Assembly (NCBI GenBank): GCA_038231175.1
Contig: JBBRLU010000001.1
Location: forward strand, 1 to 49,970
Reading direction: 5' to 3'
From: Candidatus Saccharimonadales bacterium
Lineage (GTDB): Bacteria > Patescibacteriota > Saccharimonadia > Saccharimonadales > UBA4665
DNA: 49,970 nt
Position numbers and translations under genes: made by a program. A model generated the notes under the pieces. The model saw only the letters and a list, made by a program, of their open reading frames with translations, was not told the DNA's origin and did no database searches. Positions 32,037 through 41,031 of the stretch are shown here, piece by piece (the stretch's first letter is position 1; each line of letters starts with the position of its first letter).

Positions 32037-32990
32037 ATGGAAGAGTTACCGGAAAACTTAATTGATGCGCAAGCTGCACTACCACTAAATGAAGAGGCGA
32101 GCTGGCATCAGCGCCGCCTGGATGCGGCCGATAGCCGATCTATCACCAAGTTAGCGATTGCTATCGGTAGCGTCATGAACGGGCGACTACACCGTGAAAT
32201 AGGTCTGTTACCGAATGAGCCGATATTATTCAAGGATCGCGGGTATTTCGAGGATCCGTGGAATTTATCATTAACGCTCAGGGAAGATGATGGGACGTAT
32301 TTTTACGGTCAGAGTGAAGGAGTCTGCGTCCTACCCGTGCCTACCACTTATAATGATCGAGCGATCAGACTACTAGTCGTCCATAGCGTGGCGGTCATTG
32401 CCCAGAACAGCATTCCCGGGCAGAACGGGCATCGCACCGTCGCGACGGCGCATATACCGGTCAGCAGCCATAATTTTAGGCTGCTTCGCGACGAGGCGAC
32501 GGCTTTCGTCAGCCAGACGTCGCCAGAAGATAATCGATCTGAGCAATTGATAAATGTCGCTCAAGATTTTAGCAACTGCCGCAACCAGGTGTTTATAAAA
32601 AATCGCATTGCGAGCGGTCCGGCTGCGATTGAAGCGAGCGCTAGAATCGATGAGCTAGAGGCGCTGGTCGGTCCTCGTGGCTGCGGTCTGGTGGTCGAAA
32701 GCCCGTATGCCTATAGCGTCGATGCCGACCGCAGTGGCATCATGCGACTGCGCCCGACGACCTGCCTGCGTGGTAAGGCTCAATATGCAACATTCTTAGG
32801 TATCAGTGATTTTGCGGCGTTCGATCGCCGGCTGGTCGCCGTTGATTATCAGCGCTTCAATTATGATCTGCACGATGGTCTGTTCATGGGCTTGGCCCTA
32901 TCTGACCTGGCGACTGCCCGAGCTGGACTGAAACGCCAGGCATTGCTCATACCTTTGAGCGGTAACGATTTTAAGTACCATCATCCTTAA
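32037..32990 (+). CDS. Hypothetical protein (317 aa), no recognisable family
   Basis: The ATG is 3 nt after the zincin stop. Ordinary composition, no TM helix or signal peptide. Confidence 0.55.
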   Translation: MEELPENLIDAQAALPLNEEASWHQRRLDAADSRSITKLAIAIGSVMNGRLHREIGLLPNEPILFKDRGYFEDPWNLSLTLREDDGTYFYGQSEGVCVLPVPTTYNDRAIRLLVVHSVAVIAQNSIPGQNGHRTVATAHIPVSSHNFRLLRDEATAFVSQTSPEDNRSEQLINVAQDFSNCRNQVFIKNRIASGPAAIEASARIDELEALVGPRGCGLVVESPYAYSVDADRSGIMRLRPTTCLRGKAQYATFLGISDFAAFDRRLVAVDYQRFNYDLHDGLFMGLALSDLATARAGLKRQALLIPLSGNDFKYHHP

Positions 32991-33014
32991 GAGGGAACCG
33001 GTCGCTCGATGCTG

Positions 33015-33020
33015 TACACT
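33015..33020 (+). promoter_or_regulatory. -10 element (TACACT), 8 nt from the HAD-gene ATG
   Basis: ctgTACACTagtacgatATG. No SD. Confidence 0.3.
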
Positions 33021-33028
33021 AGTACGAT

Positions 33029-33661
33029 ATGAAGACGGTAATTTTTGATTTTGACGGCACGCTGGTCGACAGTTTTAAAGTCGCCATCGAGGTCGCCCAC
33101 GAGCTGACCCATCGCAGTATCTTAGTCCAGCCCGAGGAAATCGTCCGGCTGCGCCAACTGCGCCTGTTGGACGTCGCCAAAGAACTGAGATTACCGCGTT
33201 GGCAGTGGCCCCTCTTAATAATCCGTGGCCGCCGGCTGATGACGAAACGCCTCGACGAAGTGGTGCCGTTCACCGACATGCCGGAAGTCATACGGCAGCT
33301 GCACGAGAGCGGCTACAATCTGCTGGTCATGAGTTCCAATAGCCAGGCCAACGTCCAGCGGGTGCTCGACGTCCGCAGCCTCAGCCAATACTTCAGTTAC
33401 ATCAAAGGTGGCATCGGCCTGCTGGGTAAACCGAAAGGCCTGCGCCAGCTGATCCGGCAGGAAAAACTGCTACTAGCCGATTGCATTTATGTCGGTGACG
33501 AGCCCCGCGACGTCGAAGGGGCGCGCAAAGTCGGTATGCCGTGCATTTCGGTTACCTGGGGCTTCAACGCGCCGGAACTGCTGCGCGATCATCAGCCGTT
33601 AGCCGTCGTCAATACACCACAAGCACTACGAAAGGAGCTAAAAAAATGGGGCGGAAAATAA
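33029..33661 (+). CDS. HAD-superfamily hydrolase (phosphoglycolate-phosphatase-like)
   Basis: Motif I VIFDFDGTLVDS, motif II VMSSNS, motif IV VGDEPRDVEGA. Confidence 0.85.
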   Translation: MKTVIFDFDGTLVDSFKVAIEVAHELTHRSILVQPEEIVRLRQLRLLDVAKELRLPRWQWPLLIIRGRRLMTKRLDEVVPFTDMPEVIRQLHESGYNLLVMSSNSQANVQRVLDVRSLSQYFSYIKGGIGLLGKPKGLRQLIRQEKLLLADCIYVGDEPRDVEGARKVGMPCISVTWGFNAPELLRDHQPLAVVNTPQALRKELKKWGGK

Positions 33662-34929
33662 GCACTAAGCCATTACCGGCCGAAATTGTCAGCATCACCA
33701 AACTGGTCCATGGCGGGCAGGGACTAGCCCAGCTGGCCGACGGCCGTAAGGTCTTCGTCTGGAACGCCTTACCGGGCGAAACCATCCGGGCCCAGGTTAT
33801 CAAGCAGAAGAGCTCCTACTGCGAAGCTATCGCCGAGGAGATCATGGTCGCCAGCCCGGAGCGGGTTGAGCCCAAAGAAAGTAACTACCTGTCGACCAGC
33901 CCCTGGCAAATTATGAAGTTCAGCGCCGAAAACGAATACAAAAAAAGTATCGTCCTAGAATTATTCGGCCACGAAAAGGTCGAACTGCCAGCCGTCGGCA
34001 ACGTCGTCCACGGCGCCCAGGAATGGCACTACCGCAACAAAATGGAGTACAGCTTTTGGGGTGACGACGACGGCTTGCACTTAGCGCTGCACCAACGAGG
34101 CACGCACGGTAAACAAATTGTCACCGGCAGCGAACTGGCAATGCCAGCTATTGACGCTGCAGCTAACGCCGTAGCTACTCAGCTTTCGGCTATGCAAGCC
34201 CGCGCTGGCGACCTGAAAACCATCATGGTCCGGGCTGACGCCGAGGGCAACGCCGTCGGTGCATTGTTTGTAAAACTTGAAAGCTTTAAAAGGTTAGAAC
34301 TGCCAGCCGAACTGAAGGGCTTACGCGTCTATCATTCTAATCCCCAGAGTCCAGCTTCTGTGCCCACTAAACTATTATATGAACTCGGCGACACCACATT
34401 GCACGATAGTATTAAGGGCAATCGCTTGGCCTACGACCCGGTCGGCTTCTTCCAGGCCAACGTGCCCGTCTTTGAAAAAGCCGTGCAAAGTATACAAAAG
34501 GCTACCGCTAAGGCTACCAAGATTATCGACTTTTACAGTGGCGTCGGGTCCATTGGCTTAAGCCTAGATAACACCACAACTCTAGTAGAAACCGACGGCC
34601 TAGCCACCGACATGGCCAAAATCAACGTCGGCCAGCGGCCCATCGAGGTCGTCAAAGCCAGCGCCGAAACGGCGCTCGACTTCGTCGTGCCCGACGCCAC
34701 GCTGATCGTCGATCCACCGCGCGCCGGCCTCCACCAAAAGGTCGTCGACCGCCTACTAGCAGTGCAGCCACCGCAGATTATCTATCTCAGCTGCAACCCG
34801 GCTACCCAGGCCCGTGACTTAAAATTATTGGCCGAAACCTACACCATCAGCCAATTCGAAATCTACAATTTCTTCCCCAAGACACCGCACATCGAAACGC
34901 TAGCCGTTCTTAAGCGCCGAAACGTTTAG
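33646..34929 (+). CDS. TrmA/RlmD-family RNA (uracil-5-)-methyltransferase with N-terminal TRAM-like domain
   Basis: The N-terminus (KLVHGGQGLAQLADGRKVFVWNALPGE) is TRAM-like. FFQAN, DFYSGVGSIGL (SAM binding), VDPPRAGL, and YLSCNPATQARD (catalytic Cys). SD AAAGGAG precedes the ATG at 33646. It overlaps the HAD gene by 16 nt. Confidence 0.85.
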   Translation: MGRKISTKPLPAEIVSITKLVHGGQGLAQLADGRKVFVWNALPGETIRAQVIKQKSSYCEAIAEEIMVASPERVEPKESNYLSTSPWQIMKFSAENEYKKSIVLELFGHEKVELPAVGNVVHGAQEWHYRNKMEYSFWGDDDGLHLALHQRGTHGKQIVTGSELAMPAIDAAANAVATQLSAMQARAGDLKTIMVRADAEGNAVGALFVKLESFKRLELPAELKGLRVYHSNPQSPASVPTKLLYELGDTTLHDSIKGNRLAYDPVGFFQANVPVFEKAVQSIQKATAKATKIIDFYSGVGSIGLSLDNTTTLVETDGLATDMAKINVGQRPIEVVKASAETALDFVVPDATLIVDPPRAGLHQKVVDRLLAVQPPQIIYLSCNPATQARDLKLLAETYTISQFEIYNFFPKTPHIETLAVLKRRNV

Positions 34930-34931
34930 CC

Positions 34932-34940
34932 TGATAGACT
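34932..34940 (+). promoter_or_regulatory. Extended -10 (TGATAGACT), 6 nt from the nuclease-gene ATG
   Basis: cTGATAGACTataactATG. No SD. Confidence 0.35.
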
Positions 34941-34946
34941 ATAACT

Positions 34947-35732
34947 ATGGCCAACAACTACTTCCGCGAGCGCTCCAAGCCCTACCAACCAGGGCAGGCG
35001 ACGGCCTTTAAAGTTTCGCGCTCCAAGATCGAGCTGTTCATGCAGTGCCCACGCTGCTTCTGGCTCGATGTCCGGCTCAAGATCACTCGACCCAGCAGTC
35101 CGCCGTTTAATATCAATAAGACTATCGACGAACTATTCAAAAAAGAGTTCGACCGTTACCGCGCCAAGGCCGAGCCGCACCCGCTGATGCTCGACAACCA
35201 AATTAAGGCCGTGCCGTATCAACACGCCGACCTCGACCAGTGGCGCCACAATTTCACCGGGGTTATCGCCGTCCATGAGCCGACTAATCTGCACGTCTTC
35301 GGCGCCGTCGACGACGTCTGGGTAACCGAGGAGGGCGAGCTGATCGTCGTTGATTACAAAGCCACCTCTAAGGACAAACCGGTCAGTATCGATAGCGACT
35401 GGCAGATCAGCTATAAACGACAGCTGGAAGTCTACCAGTGGTTATTACGCCAGAATGGTTTCCCGGTCAGCGATACCGGCTACTTCGTTTATACCAACGC
35501 CCGGCTCGACCTCGACGGCTTCGGCGACAAATTGGAATTCACCACCAAAGTCATACCTTATACCGGCTCCGACAACTGGGTCGAGCCGACGCTTAAAAAG
35601 ATGAAAGCCTGCATGGACAACGACGCCATGCCGCCGGTCGGCGACAGCATCATGGGCGGCCCCTGCGAGCATTGCAGCTACGCCCGCGCCCGCACCGAGC
35701 TGACGCTCAAAGTCCTACGCCAAGCTAAGTAA
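34947..35732 (+). CDS. PD-(D/E)XK nuclease, Cas4/RecB-like with Cys cluster
   Basis: GAVDDVWV...ELIVVDYKATS (D...DxK) and the QhxxY-like YKRQLEVYQWLL. Cysteines lie at CPRC (N-terminal) and C...CEHC (C-terminal). Confidence 0.75.
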   Translation: MANNYFRERSKPYQPGQATAFKVSRSKIELFMQCPRCFWLDVRLKITRPSSPPFNINKTIDELFKKEFDRYRAKAEPHPLMLDNQIKAVPYQHADLDQWRHNFTGVIAVHEPTNLHVFGAVDDVWVTEEGELIVVDYKATSKDKPVSIDSDWQISYKRQLEVYQWLLRQNGFPVSDTGYFVYTNARLDLDGFGDKLEFTTKVIPYTGSDNWVEPTLKKMKACMDNDAMPPVGDSIMGGPCEHCSYARARTELTLKVLRQAK

Positions 35733-36119
35733 TGCGGCGTTATCCATTTTCTGAGCCAGTTTTTTATCAAAGGTGAGCAACGGGCTAGCATCAGCTTGGT
35801 CAGCTTCCAAGGCCAGATAACAATCAACTACCGATAAGCTGGAGTGAGCCTGGTAGGGAACAAGTAATCGGGCAAAAAACTCTCTATTAAATTCGAGTCG
35901 GCCTTCGGCCATGAGAAACACAATAATGTCGGCAATAGCTGTGCGGGAAAGGCGGTAATTTTTTTCGAGTACGAATATCATTTCAATCAAAGCTTGATCG
36001 GCAATATGAAAGGTCTGGCCAGAAGCTAGGCGGGTGGCAACTAACGCCGCCTGATCAGGCAAGTCACCTAAAATCCACCGTAATAGACAATTAGTGTCTA
36101 GACTAGCTCGAGCGGCCAT
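35715..36119 (-). CDS. vapC: VapC-family PIN-domain toxin
   Basis: MAARASLDTNCLLRWILGD... It is 134 aa and overlaps the upstream AbrB-type antitoxin gene by 17 nt. Confidence 0.8.
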   Translation of the reverse strand: MAARASLDTNCLLRWILGDLPDQAALVATRLASGQTFHIADQALIEMIFVLEKNYRLSRTAIADIIVFLMAEGRLEFNREFFARLLVPYQAHSSLSVVDCYLALEADQADASPLLTFDKKLAQKMDNAALLSLA

Positions 36120-36390
36120 ACTTCTCAGTTACCTGGGCGGCCTGGCCGTCGCCGTTTTTATAGTCAACTGCTAGCGACCGCAGTTTTGCCTCAGTCAGTC
36201 CGATTTTTTTAAAGTGTGCAGCCAGATTCTGTTGAATATCCTCCAACGTCGGTGCTGCCGTGATAATAATTTCTTGCTTGTCGTTTAATGAAAAATTAAC
36301 TTGTTGGCCAGGTTCAATATGTAATGACCGGCGTAGGGCGACCGGCAACGTTACCTGACCTTTCGAAGTTATAGTAGAAAAATAAGTCAT
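36103..36390 (-). CDS. vapB: AbrB/SpoVT/MazE-fold antitoxin (VapB)
   Basis: TITSKGQVTLPVALRRSLHIEPGQQV is a swapped-hairpin barrel signature. 95 aa. Confidence 0.8.
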   Translation of the reverse strand: MTYFSTITSKGQVTLPVALRRSLHIEPGQQVNFSLNDKQEIIITAAPTLEDIQQNLAAHFKKIGLTEAKLRSLAVDYKNGDGQAAQVTEKYGRSS

Positions 36391-36420
36391 AAGTATTACT
36401 TTAGCAAAATGTAATACTTA
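36390..36420. promoter_or_regulatory. Perfect 10-bp inverted repeat (TAAGTATTAC-11 nt-GTAATACTTA); probable VapB operator
   Basis: It abuts the vapB start codon and overlaps the -10/spacer of the vapB promoter. Confidence 0.6.
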
Positions 36421-36427
36421 CAGTCAA
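36398..36427 (-). promoter_or_regulatory. vapBC promoter, TTGACT-18 nt-(TGc)TAAAGT, 7 nt from the ATG
   Basis: The - strand reads cTTGACTgtaagtattacattttgcTAAAGTaatacttATG. Confidence 0.5.
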
Positions 36428-36435
36428 GGTAAGTT

Positions 36436-36465
36436 TTGCAGCGGGGTAGTTCTTCCAGGTATACT
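36436..36465 (+). promoter_or_regulatory. serS promoter, TTGCAG-18 nt-TATACT, 6 nt from the ATG (leaderless geometry)
   Basis: TTGCAG at 36436-36441, TATACT at 36460-36465, ATG at 36472. No SD. Confidence 0.5.
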
Positions 36466-36471
36466 GTTGGT

Positions 36472-37815
36472 ATGCTAGACATCCAATTTATCCGCGACTA
36501 TCCACAACTCGTCCAAGACAAGTCGGCCCAGAAGGGCTACAAGGTCCGGGTTGACGAACTCTTAGAGCTCGACGGCCAGCGCCGCACGCGCCTGACCCAG
36601 ATCGATGAACTGCGCGCCCGGCGCAACGCCCAGGCCGCCGAACTCAAGCAGGCCCAGCCGTCGGACGAGCAGATCGCCAACGGCAAGCAGCTCAAAGAAG
36701 AGCTAGCAACGCTCGATGTTGATCTGGCGATGATAGACGATAAGTACACCAGCTTACTGAAACAGATTCCCAATATGCCGCACGACGACGTGCCGGTCGG
36801 TGCCAGCGAAGACGATAATGTCGTGATCAGACAAGTCGGCGTCAAGACCGAATTTGACTTCCCGGTCAAGACCCACTGGGAACTGGCCGAAGCCAAGGAC
36901 CTGATAGATAAGGACCGCGCTACCAAGGTCGCCGGGCCGCGCTTCGCTTACATCAAAGGCGGGTTGGTCGAGCTGCAGTTCGCCATCATGCAATTCGTCC
37001 AAAGAACGCTAGCCGATGAAACGGTGCTACAGAAACTGATTGACGAAAACGAGCTGAACATCCCAGCCAAACCCTTCGTGCCAGTCCTGCCACCAGCTAT
37101 GATTAAAACCAGCATCTACGAGGCCATGGACCGCCTAGAGCCGCGTGACGACCGCTATAAGGTCGGTGAGGAAGTTGATGATTTATGGCTGCAGGGCAGC
37201 GCCGAACACACCCTGGGCTCGATGTACGCCGATGAGATTCTGCTGGAAAGCGCCTTGCCAATCCGCTACGTCGGCTACCTGACCAGTTTCCGTCGTGAAG
37301 CCGGCACCTACGGTAAAGACACCGAGGGTATTATCCGTATGCACCAGTTCGATAAGCTCGAGATGGAGGTCTTTAGCACGCCAGAAACAGGATTGGACGA
37401 GCATAAATTACTCTGCGCCTTGCAAGAGTATCTGGTCCAGCAGCTAGAACTGCCGTACCAGATCTTACAAAAGTGTACCTTCGACATCGGTAAACCCAAC
37501 GCCCGGGGCGTCGATCTGGAGACCTGGATGCCGGGGCAGAATAAATACCGTGAAACCCACACCGCCGATTACATGACCGATTATCAGAGCCGCCGCTTAA
37601 AGACCCGTTTCCGGCGCCAGCCGCACTCGGCCCAGGCGATCGTCGATGTCACTGCTAGCAAACCAGTCGTCGGCCTGGTGCACACCAACGATGCTACGGC
37701 TTTCGCGCTTGGCCGGATCATGGTCGCCATCATGGAAAACTACCAGACCGCCGACGGAAATATCAGAATTCCAACCGTGCTGCAGCCTTACATGGCTGAC
37801 AAAACCGAAATCTAG
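36472..37815 (+). CDS. serS: Seryl-tRNA synthetase
   Basis: MLDIQFIRDYPQ, an N-terminal coiled-coil arm, FRREAG (motif 2), and the C-terminal ALGRIMVAIMENYQ. Confidence 0.92.
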   Translation: MLDIQFIRDYPQLVQDKSAQKGYKVRVDELLELDGQRRTRLTQIDELRARRNAQAAELKQAQPSDEQIANGKQLKEELATLDVDLAMIDDKYTSLLKQIPNMPHDDVPVGASEDDNVVIRQVGVKTEFDFPVKTHWELAEAKDLIDKDRATKVAGPRFAYIKGGLVELQFAIMQFVQRTLADETVLQKLIDENELNIPAKPFVPVLPPAMIKTSIYEAMDRLEPRDDRYKVGEEVDDLWLQGSAEHTLGSMYADEILLESALPIRYVGYLTSFRREAGTYGKDTEGIIRMHQFDKLEMEVFSTPETGLDEHKLLCALQEYLVQQLELPYQILQKCTFDIGKPNARGVDLETWMPGQNKYRETHTADYMTDYQSRRLKTRFRRQPHSAQAIVDVTASKPVVGLVHTNDATAFALGRIMVAIMENYQTADGNIRIPTVLQPYMADKTEI

Positions 37816-37911
37816 GCCGTCTTACGTTGCCGAAGCGGCGTATAATTAAGGCTAGACCTGGAAGACCAAAGACCCCAGCGCTAGGCAATTAAAATTCAAA
37901 AGGAGACGACG

Positions 37912-38304
37912 ATGATACAAAAGTTTGAAATCAGCGGTGTCCACTTAGCGGTCAACGACGACCTACGTAAATATGTAACCCGCAAGATCGGCAACCTCGA
38001 TAAATATCTGGCCCGTGGCAGCCGCGCCAGCGCCCACGCCGAAGTCTTTTTGAAAGAAAATAAAGCCAAGAATAAGCAGCACGCCACCTGCGAGGTCACG
38101 CTACACCTGCCGCACGAGACCATCAGTGTCCACGAAACGACAATTAATCTATACGCCGCCATCGACATCGTCGAAGCCAAATTAAAGCATCAGTTACAGA
38201 AATATAAGGAGCAGCACGCCGACGGCAGACTGCGTCGCCACCTGTTTGCCCGCTTCCGCCGTCATGAGGCAGCTACCATTACGCAGCCCCAGCCCGAGGT
38301 CTGA
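37912..38304 (+). CDS. hpf: Ribosome hibernation-promoting factor / RaiA family (short form)
   Basis: MIQKFEISGVHLAVNDDLRKYVTRKIGNLDKY...DLYAAIDIVEAKLKHQLQKYKE. SD AAAGGAG. Confidence 0.88.
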   Translation: MIQKFEISGVHLAVNDDLRKYVTRKIGNLDKYLARGSRASAHAEVFLKENKAKNKQHATCEVTLHLPHETISVHETTINLYAAIDIVEAKLKHQLQKYKEQHADGRLRRHLFARFRRHEAATITQPQPEV

Positions 38305-38341
38305 AAAACGCTCTCTGTCATAATCTGTAAATTGTACGTCG

Positions 38342-38357
38342 CTTTTGCCGGCAAAAG
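38342..38357. repeat. 16-bp perfect palindrome CTTTTGCCGGCAAAAG immediately upstream of a TATAAT box
   Basis: Self-complementary 16-mer between hpf and secA. TATAAT lies at 38362-38367. Confidence 0.5.
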
Positions 38358-38417
38358 TGGTTATAATAGCGCTATACATTTGCCAGAGTTTCTAATACCG
38401 GAGAGGGTTAAGCGTTC

Positions 38418-41024
38418 ATGAATACTGTCTTAAAGAAGATTTTGGGTGACCCACAGGCTAAAACCGTCAAACGGTTGCGTAAGCGGGTGGTCTTAGTCAA
38501 CGCCCTTGGCCCAAAGTACCAAAAACTGACCGACAAACAGCTGCAGGCACAAACCGCCGAGCTCAAGAAGCGTCTCGCTAGGGAGTCGCTCGATGCGATC
38601 CTGCCCGATGCTTTCGCCGTCGTCCGCGAGGCTGCCAGCCGGGTGCTCGGTCAGCGCCACATCGACGTCCAGCTCATCGGTGGAATGGTGCTCCACGAAG
38701 GTAACGTCGCCGAGATGAAGACCGGTGAGGGTAAGACCCTGGTAGCTACGGCGCCAGTTTACCTGAACGCCCTTAGCGAGCAGGGCGTCCATGTCGTGAC
38801 CGTCAACGACTACCTGGCCCAGCGCGACGCTGGCTGGATGGGCCAGGTCTATAATTTCCTGGGTATGCAAACCGGCGTCATCTTGGGCGACCACAGCTAC
38901 ATCTTTGACGCTCAGTATAGTAATACCGAGCACGAAGACCCACGGCTCAGACACCTCAAGCCCTGTACCCGTCAGGAGGCCTACGCCGCCGACATCACCT
39001 ACGGCACTAACAACGAGTACGGCTTTGATTACCTGCGCGACAACATGGTCCGCGAAGAAGACCAACTGCGCCAGCGCGAATTGAACTTCGCCATCGTCGA
39101 CGAAGTCGACTCGATCCTGATCGACGAAGCCCGCACGCCGCTGATCATCAGTGCGCCGAGCGTCACCAGTGGCACGGCCTACGACCAGTTCTCGAAGGTC
39201 GTCCGCCAACTACGTAAAGAAAAGCATTTCGAAACCGACGAAAAGCGCAAGACCGTCATCTTGACCGATGCCGGCGTCGAACTGGTCCAAAAAACATTAG
39301 CTATCGATAACCTGTATGGCTCGGAAAACATCCGTACCATCTACCACCTGCAACAGGCGCTACGGGCCCACGCCTTATTTACCCGCGACAAAGACTACGT
39401 CGTTACCAAGGACGGTGAAGTCGTCATCGTCGATGAGTTTACCGGCCGTCTGCTGGCTGGTCGCCGCTACAACGAAGGCCTGCACCAGGCCATCGAAGCC
39501 AAGGAAGGTGTCGAGGTCCAGCAGGAAAGCATGACGCTGGCCACCATCTCCTTCCAGAACTATTTCCGCCTGTACAACAAACTCGGTGGTATGACCGGTA
39601 CGGCCTTGACCGAGGCCGAAGAGTTCCACCAGATCTATAAATTGGACGTCGTCGAGATTCCGTCCAACCGCGTCATCGCCCGCCTAGACCGCACCGACCG
39701 TATCTATCGCACCGAAAAGGGTAAGTTCAAGGCCATCGTCCGCGAAGTCAAGGCGCTGCACACCAAGGGCCAGCCGGTGCTGATCGGTACGGTATCGATT
39801 GAGAAGAACGAGAAGCTGGGCGCCATGCTGACCAAAGCCAACATCCCACACCAGGTCCTGAACGCCAAGAACAACGAACGCGAAGCGGCCATCGTCGCTA
39901 AAGCCGGCGAAAACGGCGCCGTGACCTTGGCGACCAACATTGCCGGACGTGGTACCGACATCGTCCTGAACGATGAGACCAAAGGCCTCGGCGGCCTGTT
40001 CGTGCTCGGTTCCGAACGCCACGAATCGCGCCGCATCGATAACCAGCTGCGAGGCCGCTCCGGTCGCCAAGGCGACTTAGGTGTCACCCAGTTCTTTGTC
40101 AGTACCGAAGATGATCTGATGCGTATCTTCGGCGGCGACCGCATCAGCACCATCATGGACCGGCTGAACGTCGACGACGAGACGCCGATCGAGAACCGTC
40201 TGATCTCGCGATCACTCGAAAAGGCCCAGGAAAAGGTCGAAGGCTACCACTTTGACCAGCGGAAAAGCGTCGTCCAATATGACGATGTCATGAACCGTCA
40301 CCGTAAAGCCATCTACAGCATGCGCCGCGAAGTCCTGCGCAGCAGTGACATCAGCAAGCGTATCGCCGCCTTGGTCAACGAAGAAGCCCATGACCTGGCG
40401 TTGTCACCGCTGGTGACGACCGACCAGTACGAAGTCGTCCTGCGCGAGACTTTTCCATTTGACGAGCCGACCCTTGACCGGCTGTTCGATTCTGACGCCA
40501 CCAAGTTCGAGCAAGTCCTGACCACTGAAGCTAACGAACTGTACCAATCACGCGAAGCGGCTTTCCAGACCGAGGTCATGCGCAAGGTCGAGCGCGACAT
40601 CTACCTGCAGATCTTGGACAATTTATGGATGCAACACCTCGAGAACATGGATCACCTGCGTGAGGGTATCCACTGGATGAGCGTCGGTCAGCAGGATCCG
40701 TTGGTCGAATACCGCCGCCGCGGCCAGATGCTGTTCGAAGAAATGCAGCAGACGCTACGCCACGACGTCGTCCGTGGTCTGTTCCATGCCCAGCCAATTA
40801 CCGGCGAGGACCTACTGCGCGCCACCGAAACCGAACTGACCCGGGCTGCCCGCAGCAGTATCGAAAACGGCCGCCAGATTACCAATAACGCCAACGAATT
40901 TGACGAAGCTGACTTTAACGATAAAGCCGCTCCGGCCCCCAAGGCTAAACAGCCGACGGCCATCAAGAAGGCTCGCAAGACCGAGCGCAAACGTAAGACT
41001 ACCGCTAAACGGCGCAAAAAGTAA
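38418..41024 (+). CDS. secA: Preprotein translocase ATPase SecA (basic C-terminal tail, no Cys zinc finger)
   Basis: MKTGEGKTLVA (Walker A), FAIVDEVDSILIDEARTPLIIS, and TNIAGRGTDI. The tail ...KKARKTERKRKTTAKRRKK contains no cysteines. Confidence 0.96.
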   Translation: MNTVLKKILGDPQAKTVKRLRKRVVLVNALGPKYQKLTDKQLQAQTAELKKRLARESLDAILPDAFAVVREAASRVLGQRHIDVQLIGGMVLHEGNVAEMKTGEGKTLVATAPVYLNALSEQGVHVVTVNDYLAQRDAGWMGQVYNFLGMQTGVILGDHSYIFDAQYSNTEHEDPRLRHLKPCTRQEAYAADITYGTNNEYGFDYLRDNMVREEDQLRQRELNFAIVDEVDSILIDEARTPLIISAPSVTSGTAYDQFSKVVRQLRKEKHFETDEKRKTVILTDAGVELVQKTLAIDNLYGSENIRTIYHLQQALRAHALFTRDKDYVVTKDGEVVIVDEFTGRLLAGRRYNEGLHQAIEAKEGVEVQQESMTLATISFQNYFRLYNKLGGMTGTALTEAEEFHQIYKLDVVEIPSNRVIARLDRTDRIYRTEKGKFKAIVREVKALHTKGQPVLIGTVSIEKNEKLGAMLTKANIPHQVLNAKNNEREAAIVAKAGENGAVTLATNIAGRGTDIVLNDETKGLGGLFVLGSERHESRRIDNQLRGRSGRQGDLGVTQFFVSTEDDLMRIFGGDRISTIMDRLNVDDETPIENRLISRSLEKAQEKVEGYHFDQRKSVVQYDDVMNRHRKAIYSMRREVLRSSDISKRIAALVNEEAHDLALSPLVTTDQYEVVLRETFPFDEPTLDRLFDSDATKFEQVLTTEANELYQSREAAFQTEVMRKVERDIYLQILDNLWMQHLENMDHLREGIHWMSVGQQDPLVEYRRRGQMLFEEMQQTLRHDVVRGLFHAQPITGEDLLRATETELTRAARSSIENGRQITNNANEFDEADFNDKAAPAPKAKQPTAIKKARKTERKRKTTAKRRKK

Positions 41025-41031
41025 CCGCCGC

